From Squalus acanthias (lineage: Eukaryota), in assembly GCA_030390025.1 (NCBI GenBank), contig CM059432.1, forward strand, positions 13,952,001 to 14,016,000: a stretch of 64,000 nucleotides of DNA. The letters are read 5' to 3'. This document shows, piece after piece, positions 36,521 to 50,034 of this stretch. The notes under the pieces were generated by a model. It was not told the origin of the DNA, did no database searches, and saw nothing but the letters and a program-made list of their open reading frames with translations. Made by a program: the position numbers and the translations under genes. The number at the start of each line of letters is the position of its first letter. Positions within the stretch are counted from its first letter, which is position 1.

Positions 36521-37531
36521 TTTCTGAAACAGATTGAAGCATTTCACACAATGAATTACTTTTAGTGCAGTGCCCGTGGTAGCTTTTCTTCTTACTCTTT
36601 TCCCCTTACCTTTCCCCTCCTGTCCTGCAGGTTCTGGCTCATGTTGAAGTACAATAGCCTTTCTTCATACCCGAGCCTGGACATTGAGTGCTGGTGGCCT
36701 ATTTGACCATGGTGGCATCACAGCCGAGCCCAATTCTGCCCGTACCTGACAGCCGCACGCATACACTGTCCACCAAGAGCCACTGGATAGCGAACAGGAA
36801 CGGGAGCTGTGGCTGATATGTTTCTCTTCCATAGTCCAGGGGAGCTGGAGGCCTCTCCAGCTGTAACATTCAGCACATACTAGGGAGGGGGTGGGGGGGG
36901 GGGGAGATACTAAACCATTGAGGGGCTTTCATTTTTAATTTCACTCCCTTTCCTTACTATTTTTTTTTTCTTGCCCAAAACCCACATGTTCTCAGATGTT
37001 TCCCTGCTGGATCCTGAATCGCAGTGCCAGCACTCGTACCTTGTGCTTTTACTGGGAGTGCTGAGCGCAGCACATTTGTGCACTGACACTACCATTTACT
37101 GATGTTTAATGTCATCAACAAATCAAGGAGCTGCTGTCATTGCCAGGAGCAGCGGGATAGAAGCGAGGCAGGAGTGGGGATAAATTGCAGCAGGCTCACA
37201 ATGCAGTGCATTACCTGCCAGAGAGATAGCAGTGACAGATGGGCAGGAAAAACAGAATAGCTTGGGGAATTTTATGTGAGCGGGAATTAAAATTCATAAA
37301 ACAAAGACAGAAGAATCCAGAAATATACAGCAGTTGAAGAAGACATTTCGGGATGTTCGGATGAACTTTAGTCTTCCAAATGCTAACTGAAATATTTCCA
37401 ACATTTTCTGTTATTATTTTAGATTTCTATTTTACTAATTAGGTGATTATTGATAACTTTCAGGGCAGCAATGGATCTGTTACATGCTCTAACACTTAGG
37501 TAGCTCCTAAAGTCTTGAGATGGAGATAGTT

Positions 37532-40500
37532 CATAGAATCATAGAATGGTTACAGCACAGAAGGAGGCCATTCGGCCCGTCGAGCCCGTGCTGGCTCTGT
37601 GCAAGAAGCACTTCAGCTAGTCCCACTCCCCCGCCCTTTCCTTTTTTTCCTTCAGGTACTTATCCAATTCCCTTTTGAAAGCCATGATTAAATCTGCCTC
37701 CACCACCCTTTCAGGCAGTGCATTCCAGATCCTAAACACTCGCTGCGTAAAAAAGTATTTCCTCATGTCGCCTTTGGTTCTTCTGCCAGTCACCTTAAAT
37801 CTGTGTCCTCTGGTTCTCGACCCTTCCGCCAATGGCAACAGTTTCTCTCTATCTACTCTGTCTAGACCCCTCATGATTTTGAACACCTCTAGCAAATCTC
37901 TTCTCAACCTTCTCTGCTCTAAGGACAACAACCCCAGCTTCTCCAGTCTATCCACGTAACTGAAGTCCCTCATCCCTGGAATCATTCTTGTAAATCTTTT
38001 CTGCACCCTCTCTAAGGCCTTCACATCCTTCCTAAAGTGCGGTGCCCAGAATTGGACACAATACTCCAGTTGAGGCTGAGCCAGCGTTTTATAAAGGTTC
38101 ATCATAACTTCCTTGCTTTTGTACTCTATGCCTCTATTTATGAAGCCCAGGATCCCGTATGCTTTCTTAACCGCTTTCTCAACCTGCCCTGCCACCTTCA
38201 ACGATTTGTGCACATATACCCCCAGGTCTCTCATTTCATGCATCCCCTTTAGAATTGTACCCTTCAGTTTATATTGCCTCTCCTCGTTCTTCTTACCAAA
38301 ATGTATCACTTTGCATTTTTCTGCATTAAATTTCATCTGCCACATGTCCACCCATTCCACCAGCCTGTCTATGTCCTCTTGAAGTCTATCACTATCCTCC
38401 TCACTGTTCACTATACTTAGAAGTTTTTAGTCATCTGCAGATTTTGAAATTGTGCCTTGTACTCCCAAGTCCAAGTCATTAATATATATCAGAAAAGCAG
38501 TGGTCCTAGAACCAACCCCTGGGGAACACCACTGTGTACCTTCCTCCAGTTCAATAAACAACCGCTCACCACTACTCTCTGTTTCCTGTCACTTAGCCAA
38601 TTTTGTATCCATGCTGCCACTGTCCCCTTTATTCCATGGGCTTCAACTTTGCTGGCAAGCCTATTATGTGGCACTTTATCAAATGCCTTTTGGAACTCCA
38701 TGAACTACATCAACTGCATTGCCCTCATCAATCCTCTCTGTTACCTTATCAAAAAACTCAATCAAGTTAGTTAATCAAACACTATTTGCCTTTAACAAAT
38801 CCATGCTGGCTGTCTTTAATTAATTCACACTTGTCCAAGTGACTGTTAATTTTGTCCCGGTTTATCGTTTCTAAAAGCTTCCCCACTACCGAGGTTAAAC
38901 TGACTGGCCTGTAGAACCTGTGTTTATCCTTACACCCTTTTTGAACAAGGGTGTAACATTTGCAATTCGCCAGTCCTCTGGCACCACTCGCATATCTAAG
39001 GAGGATTGGAAGATTATGGCCAGTACCTCTGCAATTTCCACCTTTACTTCCCTCAGCATCCTAGGATGCATCCCATCCAGTCCTGGTGACTTTTTTTTTT
39101 TTGTTCATGGGATGTGGGCGTCGCCAGCAAGGCCAGCATTTATTGCCCATCCATAAGAAGGTGGTGGTAAGCCACCTTCTTGAGCTGCTGCAGTCCCTGT
39201 GGTGATACTTCTTTAAGCGGTTTGGTGCAACTGGCCATTTCAGAGGGCAGTTAAGATTCAACCACATTGCTGTGGGTCTGGAGTCACATATAGGCCAGAC
39301 TGGGTAAGGACAGCAGATTTCCCTCCCTAAAGGTCATTAGTGAACCAGATGGGTTTTTACAACAATCCAGTAGTTTTATGGTCACCATTACTGATACTAG
39401 CTTTTTATTCCAAATGTATTCAATTAACTGAATTTAAATTCCCCAGCTGCCATGGTGGGATTTGAACCCATGTCTCCAGATCATTAATCCAGGCCTACCG
39501 GATTACTAGTGCCAGTAACATAACCACTATGCTGCCGTTCCCATAACTTATCTACTTTAAGTACAGCCAGCCTTTCTAGTACCTCCTCTTTATCAATTTT
39601 TAGCCCATCCAGTATCTCAACTACCTCCTCTTTCACTATGACTTTGGCAGCATCTTCTTCCTTGGTAAAGACAGATGCAAAGTATTCATTTAGTACCTCA
39701 GCCATGCCCTCTGCCTCCATGCGCAGGTCTCCTTTTTTGTCCCTAATCGGCCCCACCCCTCCTCTTACTACCCGTTTACTATTTATATGCCTATAGAAGA
39801 CTTTTGAATTCCCTTTTATGTTAGAACATAACATAAGAACATAAGAAATAGGAGCAGGAGTAGGCTATTCGGCCCTTCGAGCCTGCTCCGCCATTCAATA
39901 AGATCATGGCTGATCTTCTACCTCATCTCCACTTTCCTGCACTATCCCCATATCCCTTGATTCCCTTAATATTCAAAAATCTATTGATCTCTGTCTTGAA
40001 TATACTCAACGACTGAGCCTTCGCAGCCCTCTGGGGCAGAGAATTCCAAAGATTCACCACCCTCTGAGTGAAGACATTTCTCCTCATCTCAGTCCTAAAT
40101 GGCTGACCCCTTATTCTGAGACTGTGACCCCTGGTTCTAGACTCCTCAGCCAGGGGAAACATCCTCCCTGCATCTACCCTGTCAAGCCCTGTAAGAATTT
40201 TGTATGTTTCAATGAGATCACCTCTCACTCTTCTAAACTCTAGAGAATATAAGCCTAGTCTACTCAATCTCTCCTCATAGGACAATCCCCCCATCCCAGG
40301 AACCAGTCTGGTGAACCTTCATTGCACTCCCTCTATGGCAAGTATATCCTTCCTTAGGTAAGGAGACCAAAACTGTACACAATACTCCAGGTGTGGTCTC
40401 ACCAGGACCCTATATAATTGCAGTAAGACATCTTTACTCCTATACTCTAATCCTCTTGTAATAAAGGCCAACGTACCATTTGCTTTCCTAATTGCTTGCT

Positions 40501-41620
40501 GTACCTGCATGTTAACTTTCAGTTATTCGTGTACACGGACACCCAGGTCCCTCTGAAGACCAACATTTCCCAATCTCTCACCATTTAAAAAATACTCTGC
40601 TTTTCTATTTTTCCTACCAAAGTGGATAATTTCACATTTCTCCACATTATATTCCATTTGCCATGTTCTTGCCCACTCACTTAGCCTGTCTATATCCCCT
40701 TGAAGCCTCCTTGCATCCTCCTCACAACTTGCATTCCCACCCAGCTTTGTATCATCAGCAAACTTGGATATATTACATTTGGTCATCTCATTCAAATCAT
40801 TGATGTAGATCGTGAATAGCTGAGTCCCAAGCACTGATCCTTGCGGTACCCCACTAGTTACAGCCTGCCAACCCGAAAATGACCCGTTAGCTGCCAATCT
40901 ATTCTCATACTCTCTCTTTGCCCCTCTTATTCTCTTTTCACTTCCCCTCTGAACTTTCTATATTCAGCCTGGTTCTCACTTGTATTCTCAACCTGACATC
41001 TGTCATACGCCCCCTTTTTCTGCTTCATCTTACTCTCTATCTCATTCGTCATCCAGGGAGCTCTGACTTTGGTTGCCCTACCTTTCCCCCTCGTGGGAAT
41101 GTACCTCGACTGTACCTGAACCATCTCCTCTTTAAAGGTAGCCCATTGTTCGATTAGAGTTTTGCCTGCCAATCTTTGATTCCAATTTACTCGAGCCAGA
41201 TCCATTATCCACTGAAATTGGCCTTCCTCCAATTAAGTATTTTTACTCTAGATTGCTCCCTGTCCTTTTCCATAGCTAATCTGAACTTTATGATACTATG
41301 ATCACTGTTCCTTAAATGATCCCCTACTGACACTTGCTCCACTTGATCCACCTCATTCCCCAGAACCAGATCCAGCAATGCCTCCTTCCTCATTGGGCCT
41401 GAAACATACTGATCAAGAAAGTTATCCTGAAAACACTTCAGAATTTCTTCCCCTGCTCTGCCCTTTACACTATTACTAGCCCAGTCCATATTAGGATAGT
41501 TGAAGTCTCCCATTATTACTACTCTATAGTTCTTGCACCTCTCTGTAATTTCCCTGCAAATTTGCTCCTCTATATCCTTCCCACTAGTTGGTGGCCTATA
41601 GAATATACTTAGCAGTGTAA
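37532..41620 (-). mobile_element. Long CR1 (endonuclease to 3' tail) split by a SINE (39091-39542) and another CR1 (39825-40885)
   Basis: Endonuclease ORF 41205-41648, linker ORFs 40927-41232 and 39484-39834, RT ORF 37617-38411; inner CR1 flanked by gttag repeats. Confidence 0.85.
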
Positions 41621-42049
41621 TAGCACAGTTGTCTGCTTCGTGTGACAAACTGGTGATATGTGAAAGATCTGCTGCTTAAACTCAACTGCATACTGAAGGA
41701 AACAAAGAAAGACTTGCATTTATATAGCGCCTTTCATGACATCAGGACATCCCAAAGCACTTTACAGCCAATTAAGTACTTTTGAAGTGTAGTCACTGTT
41801 GTAATGTAGGAAACATGGCAGCCAATTTGCGCACAGCAAGCTCCCACAAACAGCAATGTGATAATGACCAGATAATCTGCTTTTAGCGATGTTGGTTGAA
41901 GGATAAATATTGACCAGGTCACCGGGGAGAACTCTCTTGCTCTTCTTTGAATAGTGGTCATGATGCGGAGATGCCGGTGTTGGACTGGGGTAGACAAAAA
42001 TGAGAAGTCGCACAACACCAGGTTATAGTCCAACAGTTTTATTTGAAAT

Positions 42050-42084
42050 CACGAGCTTTCGGAGCTCTGCTCCTTCGTCAGGTA
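42050..42084 (-). ncRNA. Minimal type I hammerhead ribozyme motif (mirror copy)
   Basis: Reverse complement reads tac-CTGACGA-a-GGAGC-aga-GCTCC-GAAA-gctc-gtg. Confidence 0.68.
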
Positions 42085-42607
42085 CAGTGAGGGAATACAA
42101 ATCGATTACAAAGTATATATAGACAGAGAACAATGTGTCTGCAGAGATACAATCCGTCAGGGAGGCATTACATCAAAGACACAGCAGAGTACAGCTAAGA
42201 CAATGAGGTGGGTCACAGGGGGTCCAACGTGTCAAATGCTGCAGTCTGCAGTTAAGCTTTTAACTTTTTTTTAAAACTGGAAATCATACCTGTGAACCAG
42301 ACAACGATGTCGAGTCACGTCCTGTAGCGTGACATGAAACCGGGATCTCGGTTTCATGTCACGCTACAGAACGTGACTCGACATCGTTGTCTGGTTTACA
42401 GGTGTGATTTCCAGTTTTTAAAAAAAAGTTAAAAGCTTAACTGCAGACTGCAGCATTTGACACGTTGGACCCCCTGTGACCCACCTCATTGTCTTAGCTG
42501 TACTCTGCTGTGTCTTTGATGTAATGCCTCCCTGACGGATTGTATCTCTGCAGACACATTGTTCTCTGTCTATATATACTTTGTAATCGATTTGTATTCC
42601 CTCACTG

Positions 42608-42642
42608 TACCTGACGAAGGAGCAGAGCTCCGAAAGCTCGTA
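42608..42642 (+). ncRNA. Minimal type I hammerhead ribozyme motif
   Basis: tac-CTGACGA-a-GGAGC-aga-GCTCC-GAAA-gctc-gta: both core boxes, stem II, 3-bp stem I. Confidence 0.7.
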
Positions 42643-42938
42643 ATTTCAAATAAAACTGTTGGACTATAACCTGGTGTTGTGCGACTTCTCTTCTTTGAAT
42701 AGGGCCATGGGATCCTTTATGTCCACCTGAGAGAGCAGACAGGGCCTTGTTTTAATGTATCATCCAAAAGATGGCACCTCCAACATTGCAGCACTCCCTC
42801 AGTACTGCACTGGAGGGTCAGCCTAGATGTTGTGGCTCCAGCCTCTGGAGGGAGGGGTTGAACCATCAACCTTCTGATTCAGAGGCGAGAGTGCTACCAA
42901 CTAAGCCACGGTTATCCACTTTGTGGCAAATATTAGTA

Positions 42939-43602
42939 ATAGAAACATAGAAACATAGAAGATAGGTGCAGGAGTAGGCCATTCGGCCCCTCGAGCCTGC
43001 TCCACCATTCGATGAGATCATGGCTGATCATCTAAACTCAGTACCCTGTACCTGCCTTCTCCCCATATCCCTTGATACCTTTAGCTTTAAGAAATATATC
43101 TAACTCATCCTTGAATATATTTAATGACTTCGCCTCAACTCACTGCTTGCCACTCGGAAAAAGACCCATTAATTCCTACTCTCTGCTTTCTGTCCGCCAA
43201 CCAGTTCTCTATCCAAGTCAATACCTTGCCCCCAATCCCATGTGCCTTAACTTTACACACTAATCTCTTATGCGGGACCTTATCGAAAGCCTTTTGAAAG
43301 TCCAAATCCACCACATCTACTGGTTCTCCCTTATCTATTTTCCCAGTTACATCCTCAAAAAATTTCAGTAGATTAGTCAAGCACGATTTACCTTTTGTAA
43401 ATCCATGTTGACTTTGTCCGATCCTGTCACTGTTTTTCAAATGCTCAGCTATTACATCCTTTATAATGGACTCTAGCATTTTCCCCACTACCGATGACAG
43501 GTCTGTAATTCCCCGCTTTCTCTCTACCACCCTTTTTGAATAGTGGGGTAAAACATTAGCTACTCTCCAATCCATGGGTACAGTTCCAGATTCCATCGAA
43601 TG
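42939..43602 (-). mobile_element. Internally deleted CR1 of the same young subfamily as 19712-22806
   Basis: 3' tail joined directly to the RT segment (ORF 43135-43635); near-identical to parts of 19712-21220. Confidence 0.88.
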
Positions 43603-43868
43603 CGACAAGGATGGCTGTTGTGAGGAATGAAACATCAGACCGATGCAATGGTGGCACTTTTATGACCTTGGCAATTTTCTCATTGTAAGAAAATTGTATT
43701 GCATCTGATGTGGGAGTGCTTGATGCTAGAACTCGTAAAAAAAAATGGAAAAGTGTTCACTCTTTAACACAGATGCCCTTCACCTTGACAAAGAACACAA
43801 CAAAATCACAGGAAAATAATGCAGCTACACTTACTAAAATACTTTATTATCTCCTTTTAAATTTGTAG

Positions 43869-43943
43869 TACGACAAAAGATTGGACCGATAGCCACGCCT
43901 GACTTCATACAAAATGCACCCGGGCTCCCAAAAACCCGTTCAG
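43869..43943 (+). CDS. ACSS2: ACSS2-family coding exon, (V)[24 protein letters not shown](G)
   Basis: atttgtag| acceptor, TCAG|gtaaat donor, 75 nt; first half of the A10 motif PKTRSGK. Confidence 0.95.
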
Positions 43944-44063
43944 GTAAATCACGCGTTACTATGAAGTATCGAGACCGCAGTAAGGGAAACTTATATCAGT
44001 TGTAAAAAGCGACCGACTAACAATGGAACCAATTTTAACCAAGTATTTCTTCCTTCCTCAAAG

Positions 44064-44191
44064 GTAAAATAATGAGGCGCATCCTGAGGCACATTGCTTG
44101 CAATGAGAAAGATTTGGGGGATATTTCCACCCTCATAGACCCAACCGTGGTGGAAGTCCTGTTCAGCCAGCGATGTCAAGCAGCTGCTTGA
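44064..44191 (+). CDS. ACSS2: ACSS2-family terminal coding exon, (G)[41 protein letters not shown]
   Basis: cttcctcaaag| acceptor; catalytic/acetylated Lys of RSGKIMRR; DLGD.ST..DP.V motif; TGA at 44189-44191. Confidence 0.95.
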
Positions 44192-44232
44192 AACAATGCA
44201 GTGAACAGCCTGCAGATCCAATACTCAGTTAC

Positions 44233-44238
44233 AATAAA
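44233..44238 (+). promoter_or_regulatory. Candidate polyadenylation signal AATAAA (second candidate at 44322-44327)
   Basis: AATAAA 42 nt after the stop codon, just before repeat-derived sequence resumes. Confidence 0.45.
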
Positions 44239-44329
44239 AAGCAGAGAGCCTTGAGCAGACTGGTCCAAATAGGGGCCAGTAATTGCACTGCACAGATATT
44301 CTAGCTAGCAACGTATTGCTAAATAAAAA

Positions 44330-46460
44330 ATCATTCCAAATCCTTAATAACCTGTCTCGTTAAGAAAGTTCTTTGTATAAACCCCTTTACAACATCTAAT
44401 TGTTTCTTAAATGATTCCAGGGTTTTATGCCTTCACTACTTTTAATCCACATGTTGATCTTTGTGTGAAGAATAATTTCCTGCTATCAGTCTCAACATTA
44501 CCTTTGACCAGTTTGAATTTATGTCCCCTCTTGCTATTCGCAGAATTTAAAGTAGTATTCTGCGTTAACTTTTTCTATACCATTAATAATCTTCACAACC
44601 TTTCGAAGTTAATCTCTCAGATGCCTCCTTGCCAGGCTGAAAGTTTCTGCAGCCTTTCCTCAGAACCTCAGACCTGTGACACTGGGGATCAGCCTTTATG
44701 CTCTTCTGCAAAGAGAACAAAGTATTGCAAAGAATTTACAGCACAGAAACAGGCCATTCGGCCCAACAGGTCCATGCCAGCGTTTATGCTCCACACGAGC
44801 CTCCTCCCACCCTTCTTCATATCCTTCTATTCCTTTCTCCCTCATGTGTTTATCTACCTTCCCCCTAAATGCATCTGTGCTATTCGCCTCAACTACTCCT
44901 TGTGGTAGTGAGTTTCACATTCTCATCACTCTCTGGGTAAAGAAGTTTCTCCTGAATTCCCTATTGGATTAATTAGTGATTGTCTTATATTTATGGTCCC
45001 TGGTTCTGGATTCGCCTGCAAGTGGAAACACCTTCTCTACGTCAACCCTATTAAACCCTTTCATAATCTTAAAGACCTCTATTAGGTCACCCCCTCAGAC
45101 TTCTCTTTTCTAGAGAAAAAAGTCCAAGCCTGTTCAATCTTTCCTGATAGGTATAACCTCTCAGTTCTAGTATCATTCTAGTAAATCATATTTGAACCTT
45201 CTCCAGTGCCACTATATCCTTTTTATAATATGGAGACCAGAACTGTTCACAGTACTCCAAGTGTGGTCCAACCAAGGTTTTATTCAAGTTTAACACAACT
45301 TCTCTCCTTTTTAATTCTATCCCTCTAGGATTGACCCAGTGCTTTGTTTGCTTTTTTCATGGTCTTATTAACCTGCGTCGCTACTTTCAGTGATATGTGT
45401 ACCTGTACCCCCAGATCCCTCTGTTCCTCTTATTTAGACTCTTATTTTCCAAGGAGTATGTGACCACCTTCTCTGTACTTCCTCCAGTGCTTGAATGTCT
45501 CCTCGAGCCAAATGGCCTCCTTCTGTGCTGTAAGTTTCTATGATTCTATGATTTGTGTAGTCTGAGCTTGTAGGTTTTGGGAATATATTTATCCTGGATG
45601 CTCAGCATTACAACTTTTTATATAGAATTACATATAAGTTTAAAAAGCTGAAACATGTCATTCGGCCCAACCAGTCTAACTGTGTTGGTGTTTAGCCTCT
45701 GCGTGAGCAGTAGCCTTATTCCCAGTTGCTCACCCTATTCCTATATCCCTTTATTTCCTTTCCTTTAACGGCCTATCTAACCTATTCTTAAATGTTGACA
45801 TGGCCTCTGTTTCAATCACTAGCTCTGGTAATGCATTCCGCAGCCTCACAGCCCTCTGTGTAAAAAGGTTTCTCATTCGCTCTGTCATCAACCTCTTACA
45901 CTTCATCTTATATCTAGGTCCCCTCATTCGAGACCCCTCAATCACTGGAAACAGTCTGTTTCTATCTACTCTGTCCCATCTCTTCAAATATTAAATACCT
46001 GTTTCAAATCACCCCATAATCTCTTTTTTTTTAACAAAAGCAGCTCCAATTTCTCAAGCCTTTCTTCATATTTGTATTTCCTCATACCAGGCAGCATCCT
46101 AGTGAATCTGCACCATATCCTCCCTATTACTTTAATATTCTTCCGATAGTGTGGAGCTCAAAACTGCAACCAGTACTCAATCTGTGGTCGTGTGAACATT
46201 TTGTATAGATTCACCATGACATCTCAACGTTTATATTCTATACTGTTTGCCATAAAACCCAATATCCCATTAGCTTTTTTTTTAAATGGCCTTATCCATT
46301 TGAGGAGCTACTTATAAGGTTTTGTGAACCTGAACCCCCCAAATCCCTCTGCTCCTTCACATTAGCCAGCTTTCCCCCATTCAAAGTATAATTACTACTT
46401 TTATTTTTCTTACCTAAATGGACTGCCTCACATTTACTGACACTGAATTCCATCTGCCAC
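44330..46460 (-). mobile_element. Cluster of older, degenerate CR1 3' fragments
   Basis: Repeated FTQR.V..WN.LP and TRGH-type segments on the minus strand. Confidence 0.7.
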
Positions 46461-46487
46461 TTTTTTTGCCCATTCTAAAAGAAAAAA

Positions 46488-46953
46488 AGAAAGACTTGCA
46501 TTTATATAGCGCCTTTCACAACCACCGAAAATCCCAAAGCGCTTTACAGCCAATGAAGTACTTTTTGGAGTGTAGCCACTGTTGTAATGTAGGAAACGTG
46601 GCAGCCAAATTACACACAGCAAGCTCCCACAAACAGCAATGTGATAATGACCAGATAATCTGTTTTTTAGTGATGTTGATAGAGGGATAAATATTGGCCA
46701 GTACTTCGGGGATAACTCCCCTGCTCTTCTTCAAAATAGTGTCATGGGATCTTTTACGTCCACCTGAGAAAGCAAACAGGGGCCTTGGTTTAACGTCTCA
46801 TCTGAAAGACGGCACCTCCGACAGTGCAGCACTCCCTCAGTACTGCACTGGCGTCAGCCTAGTCTTTTGTGCTCAAATCTCTCGAGCGGGACTTGAACCC
46901 AAAACCTTCTGACTCAGAGGTGAAGGTGCTACCAACTGAGCCACAGCTGACAC
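46488..46953 (-). mobile_element. Deu-domain SINE (SacSINE1-like)
   Basis: Full-length family copy. Confidence 0.85.
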
Positions 46954-47052
46954 TTTTCTTGTCCATTCTAAAAGAAAAAAAGAAAAACTTGCATTTACAT
47001 AGTGCCTCTCATGACCATCGGACGTCCCAAAGCATCAATATCTCCTTTTTAA

Positions 47053-48488
47053 AAATTCGTTCATGGGATGTGGGCGTCGCTGGCAAAGCCAGCATTTATT
47101 GCCCATCCCTAATTGCTCTTGAGAAGGTGGTGGTGAGCCGCCTTCTTGAACCGCTGCAGTCCGTGTGGTGAAGGTACTCCCACAGTGCTGTTAGGTAGGG
47201 AGTTCCAGGATTTTCACCCAGTGACGATGAAGGAACGGTGATATACTTCCAAGTCAGGATGGTGTGTGACTTGGAGGGGAACTTGGAGGTGGTGGTGTTC
47301 CCATGCGCCTGCTGCCCTTGTCCTTCTAGGTGGAAGAGATCGCGGGTTTGGGAGGTACTGCCAAAGAAGCCTTGGCGAGTTGCTGCAGTGCATCTTGTAG
47401 ATGGTACACATTACAGCCACGGCGCACTGGTGATGGAGGGAGTGAATGTTTAAGGTGGTGGATGGGGTGCCAATCAAGTGGGCTGCTTTGTCCTGGATGG
47501 TGTCGATTATCTTGAGTGTTGTTGGAGCTGCACTCATCCAGGCAACTGGAGAGTATTCCATCGCACTCCTTACTTGTACCTTGTAGATGGTGGAAAGGCT
47601 TTGGGGAGTCAGGAGGTGAGACACTCGCCGCAGAATACCTAGCCTCTGACCTGCTCTTGTTGCCACAGTATTTATGTGGCTGGTCCAGTTAAGTGTTTGG
47701 TCAATGGTGACCCCCCAGGATGTTGATGATGGGGGATTCAGCGATGGTAATGCCGTTTAATGTCAAGGGGCGGTGGTTAGACTCTCGCTTGTTGGAGATA
47801 GTCATTGCCTGGCACTTGTGTGGCGCGAATGTTACCTGCCACTTATCAGCCCAAGCCTGAATGTCGTTCAGGTCTTGTTGCATGCGGGCATGGACTGCTT
47901 CATTATCTGAGGAGTTGCGAATGGCACTGAATACTGTGCAGTCATCAGCGAACATCCCCATTTCTGACCTTATGTTGGAGGGAAGGTCATTGATGAAGCA
48001 GCTGAAGATGGTTGGTCCTAGGACACTGCCCTGAGGAACTCCTGCAGCGATGTCCTGGGGCTGTGATGATTGACCTTCAATCACCACAACCATCTTCCTT
48101 CGTGCTAGGTATGACTCCAGCCAGTGGAGACTTTTCCCCCTGATTCCCATTGACTTCAGTTTTACGAAGGCTCCTTGATGCCACACTCAGTCAAATTCTG
48201 CCTTGATGTCAAAGGCAGTCACTCTCACCTCACCTCTGGAATTCAGCTCCTTTGTCCATGTTTGGACCAAGGCTGTAATGAGGTCTGGAGCCGAGTGGTC
48301 TTGGCGGAACCCAAACTGGGCCTCAGTGAGCAGGTTATTGGTGAGTAAGTGCCTCTTGATAGCACTGTTGACGACACCTTCCATTACTTTGCTGATGATT
48401 GAGAGTAGACTGATGGGGCGGTAATTGGCCGGATTGGATTTGACCTGCTTTTTGTGAACAGGACATACCTGGGCAGTTTTCCACATTG
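47053..48488 (-). mobile_element. CR1/L2-superfamily LINE RT region plus 3' tail (second family)
   Basis: NYRPISLLSIISKVME, QFGFR, AFDIKAEFD, GVPQGSVLGP, MFADD; tail shared with the tRNA-headed SINE family. Confidence 0.9.
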
Positions 48489-48909
48489 TCGGATAGATGC
48501 CAGCTTCCTTTGGTCCTCAGTATTATTTACAATGCCTCCTATTTTAGGATCTTCTGCAAATTTTGACACCACTCGCTCTAGTTCAATATACAAATCATTG
48601 ATGTACACAGTGAATAGAAACAATCCCAGAACAGAACCTGTGGGACAACCACTAACTACTTCCAACCACTCTGAGAAACTGCCTTCAATTCTTCCTCTGT
48701 TTAATCCTTTATAACCTCTTTTTAATCCAATTTGCTACCCTTCCCATGATTCCATAGCCCTTAATCTTCTCCGGTAGTCTCTTGTGTGGCACCTTTAAAG
48801 GTGTTTCACTTGTCTTCTACTGAAGTGTTGTTAACAACCTCCTCAATCTACTTGTTTCCTCATTTCATCAAATTAAGCCCTTTTATAGTTACGTACCTGA
48901 CCACTGTTC

Positions 48910-49935
48910 TTAAGAACATAAGAACATAAGAATTAGGAGCAGGAGTAGGCCATATGGCCGCTCGAGCCTGCTCCGCCATTCAATAAGATCATGGCTGATC
49001 TTCGATCTCGACTCCACTTTCCCACCCGATCTCCATATCCCTTGATTCCCCTAGAGTCCAAAAATCTATCTATCTCAGCCTTGAATATACTCAAAGACTC
49101 AGCATTCACAGCCCTCTGGGGCAGAGAATTCCAAAGATTCACAACCTCTGAGTGAAGAAATTCCTCCTCATCTCAGTCTTAAATGGACGACTCCTTATCC
49201 TTTGACTATGGCCCCCAGTTCCAACCAAGGGAAACAACCTCTCAGCATCTACTCTGTCACTCCCCCTTAGAATCTTATATGTTTCAATGAGATCACCTCT
49301 CATTCTTCTAAACTCCAGAAAGTATAGGCCCAAACTGCGAAGTATTTCTGACACCCAGAGTGTGCTAAACTTCATCTCTGTGTTTGCTGCCCGGGGTGTT
49401 ATGACTTCTATAACACAAAGCCTTATCTGAGAAAGGATGTTCTTGCCATGGAGGGAGTGCAGCAAAGATTTACCAGACTGATACCTGGGATGGCAGGAAT
49501 GACGTATGAAGAGAGATTGGGTCGATTAGGCTTATATTCGCTAGAGTTTAGAAGAATGAGAGGGGATCTCATTGAAACTTATAAAATTCTAACAGGACTA
49601 GACAGACTAGATGCAGGAAGGATGTTCCTGATGGCGGGGGAGTCCAGAACCAGGGGTCACAGTCTAAGGATAAAGGGTATGCCATTTAGGACTGAGATGA
49701 GGAGGAATTTCTTCACCCAGAGAGTGGTGAACCTGTGGAATTCTCTACCACAGAAGGCAGTTGAGGCCAATTCATTAAATATATTCAAGAAGGAGTTAGA
49801 TATATTTCTTAAGGCTAAAGGGATCAAGGGATATGGGGAGAAAGCAGGGACAGGGTACTGAATTTGGATGATCAGCCATGATCTCATTAAATGGTGGAGC
49901 AGGCTCGAGGGGCCAAATGGCCTACTGCTGCTCCT
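48910..49935. mobile_element. Inverted pair of CR1 3' ends (48910-49335 minus; 49420-49935 plus)
   Basis: ORFs 49139-49465 (-) and 49448-49861 (+) encode the same CR1 C-terminus. Confidence 0.88.
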
Positions 49936-50034
49936 ATCTTCTATGCTTCTATGCTATTTGCTGTACTTTTACAAACACCAGATCAAAGTGAACATTGCCT
50001 TTCGTGGCTTCTTTTGTGCACTGGCTCATGTTTC

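Larger units (their letters stand above)
41955..42690. mobile_element. Penelope-like element derivative forming a ~690-bp near-perfect palindrome (42002-42690)
   Basis: Arms 42002-42345 and 42346-42690 are reverse complements with few mismatches; ends match a shark PLE-type terminus (aataaaactgttggactataacctggtgttgtg). Confidence 0.85.
41706..42912 (-). mobile_element. Deu-domain SINE interrupted by a PLE palindrome
   Basis: SINE halves 41706-41954 and 42688-42912 rejoin at the duplicated 15-mer ctcttctttgaatag. Confidence 0.82.
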
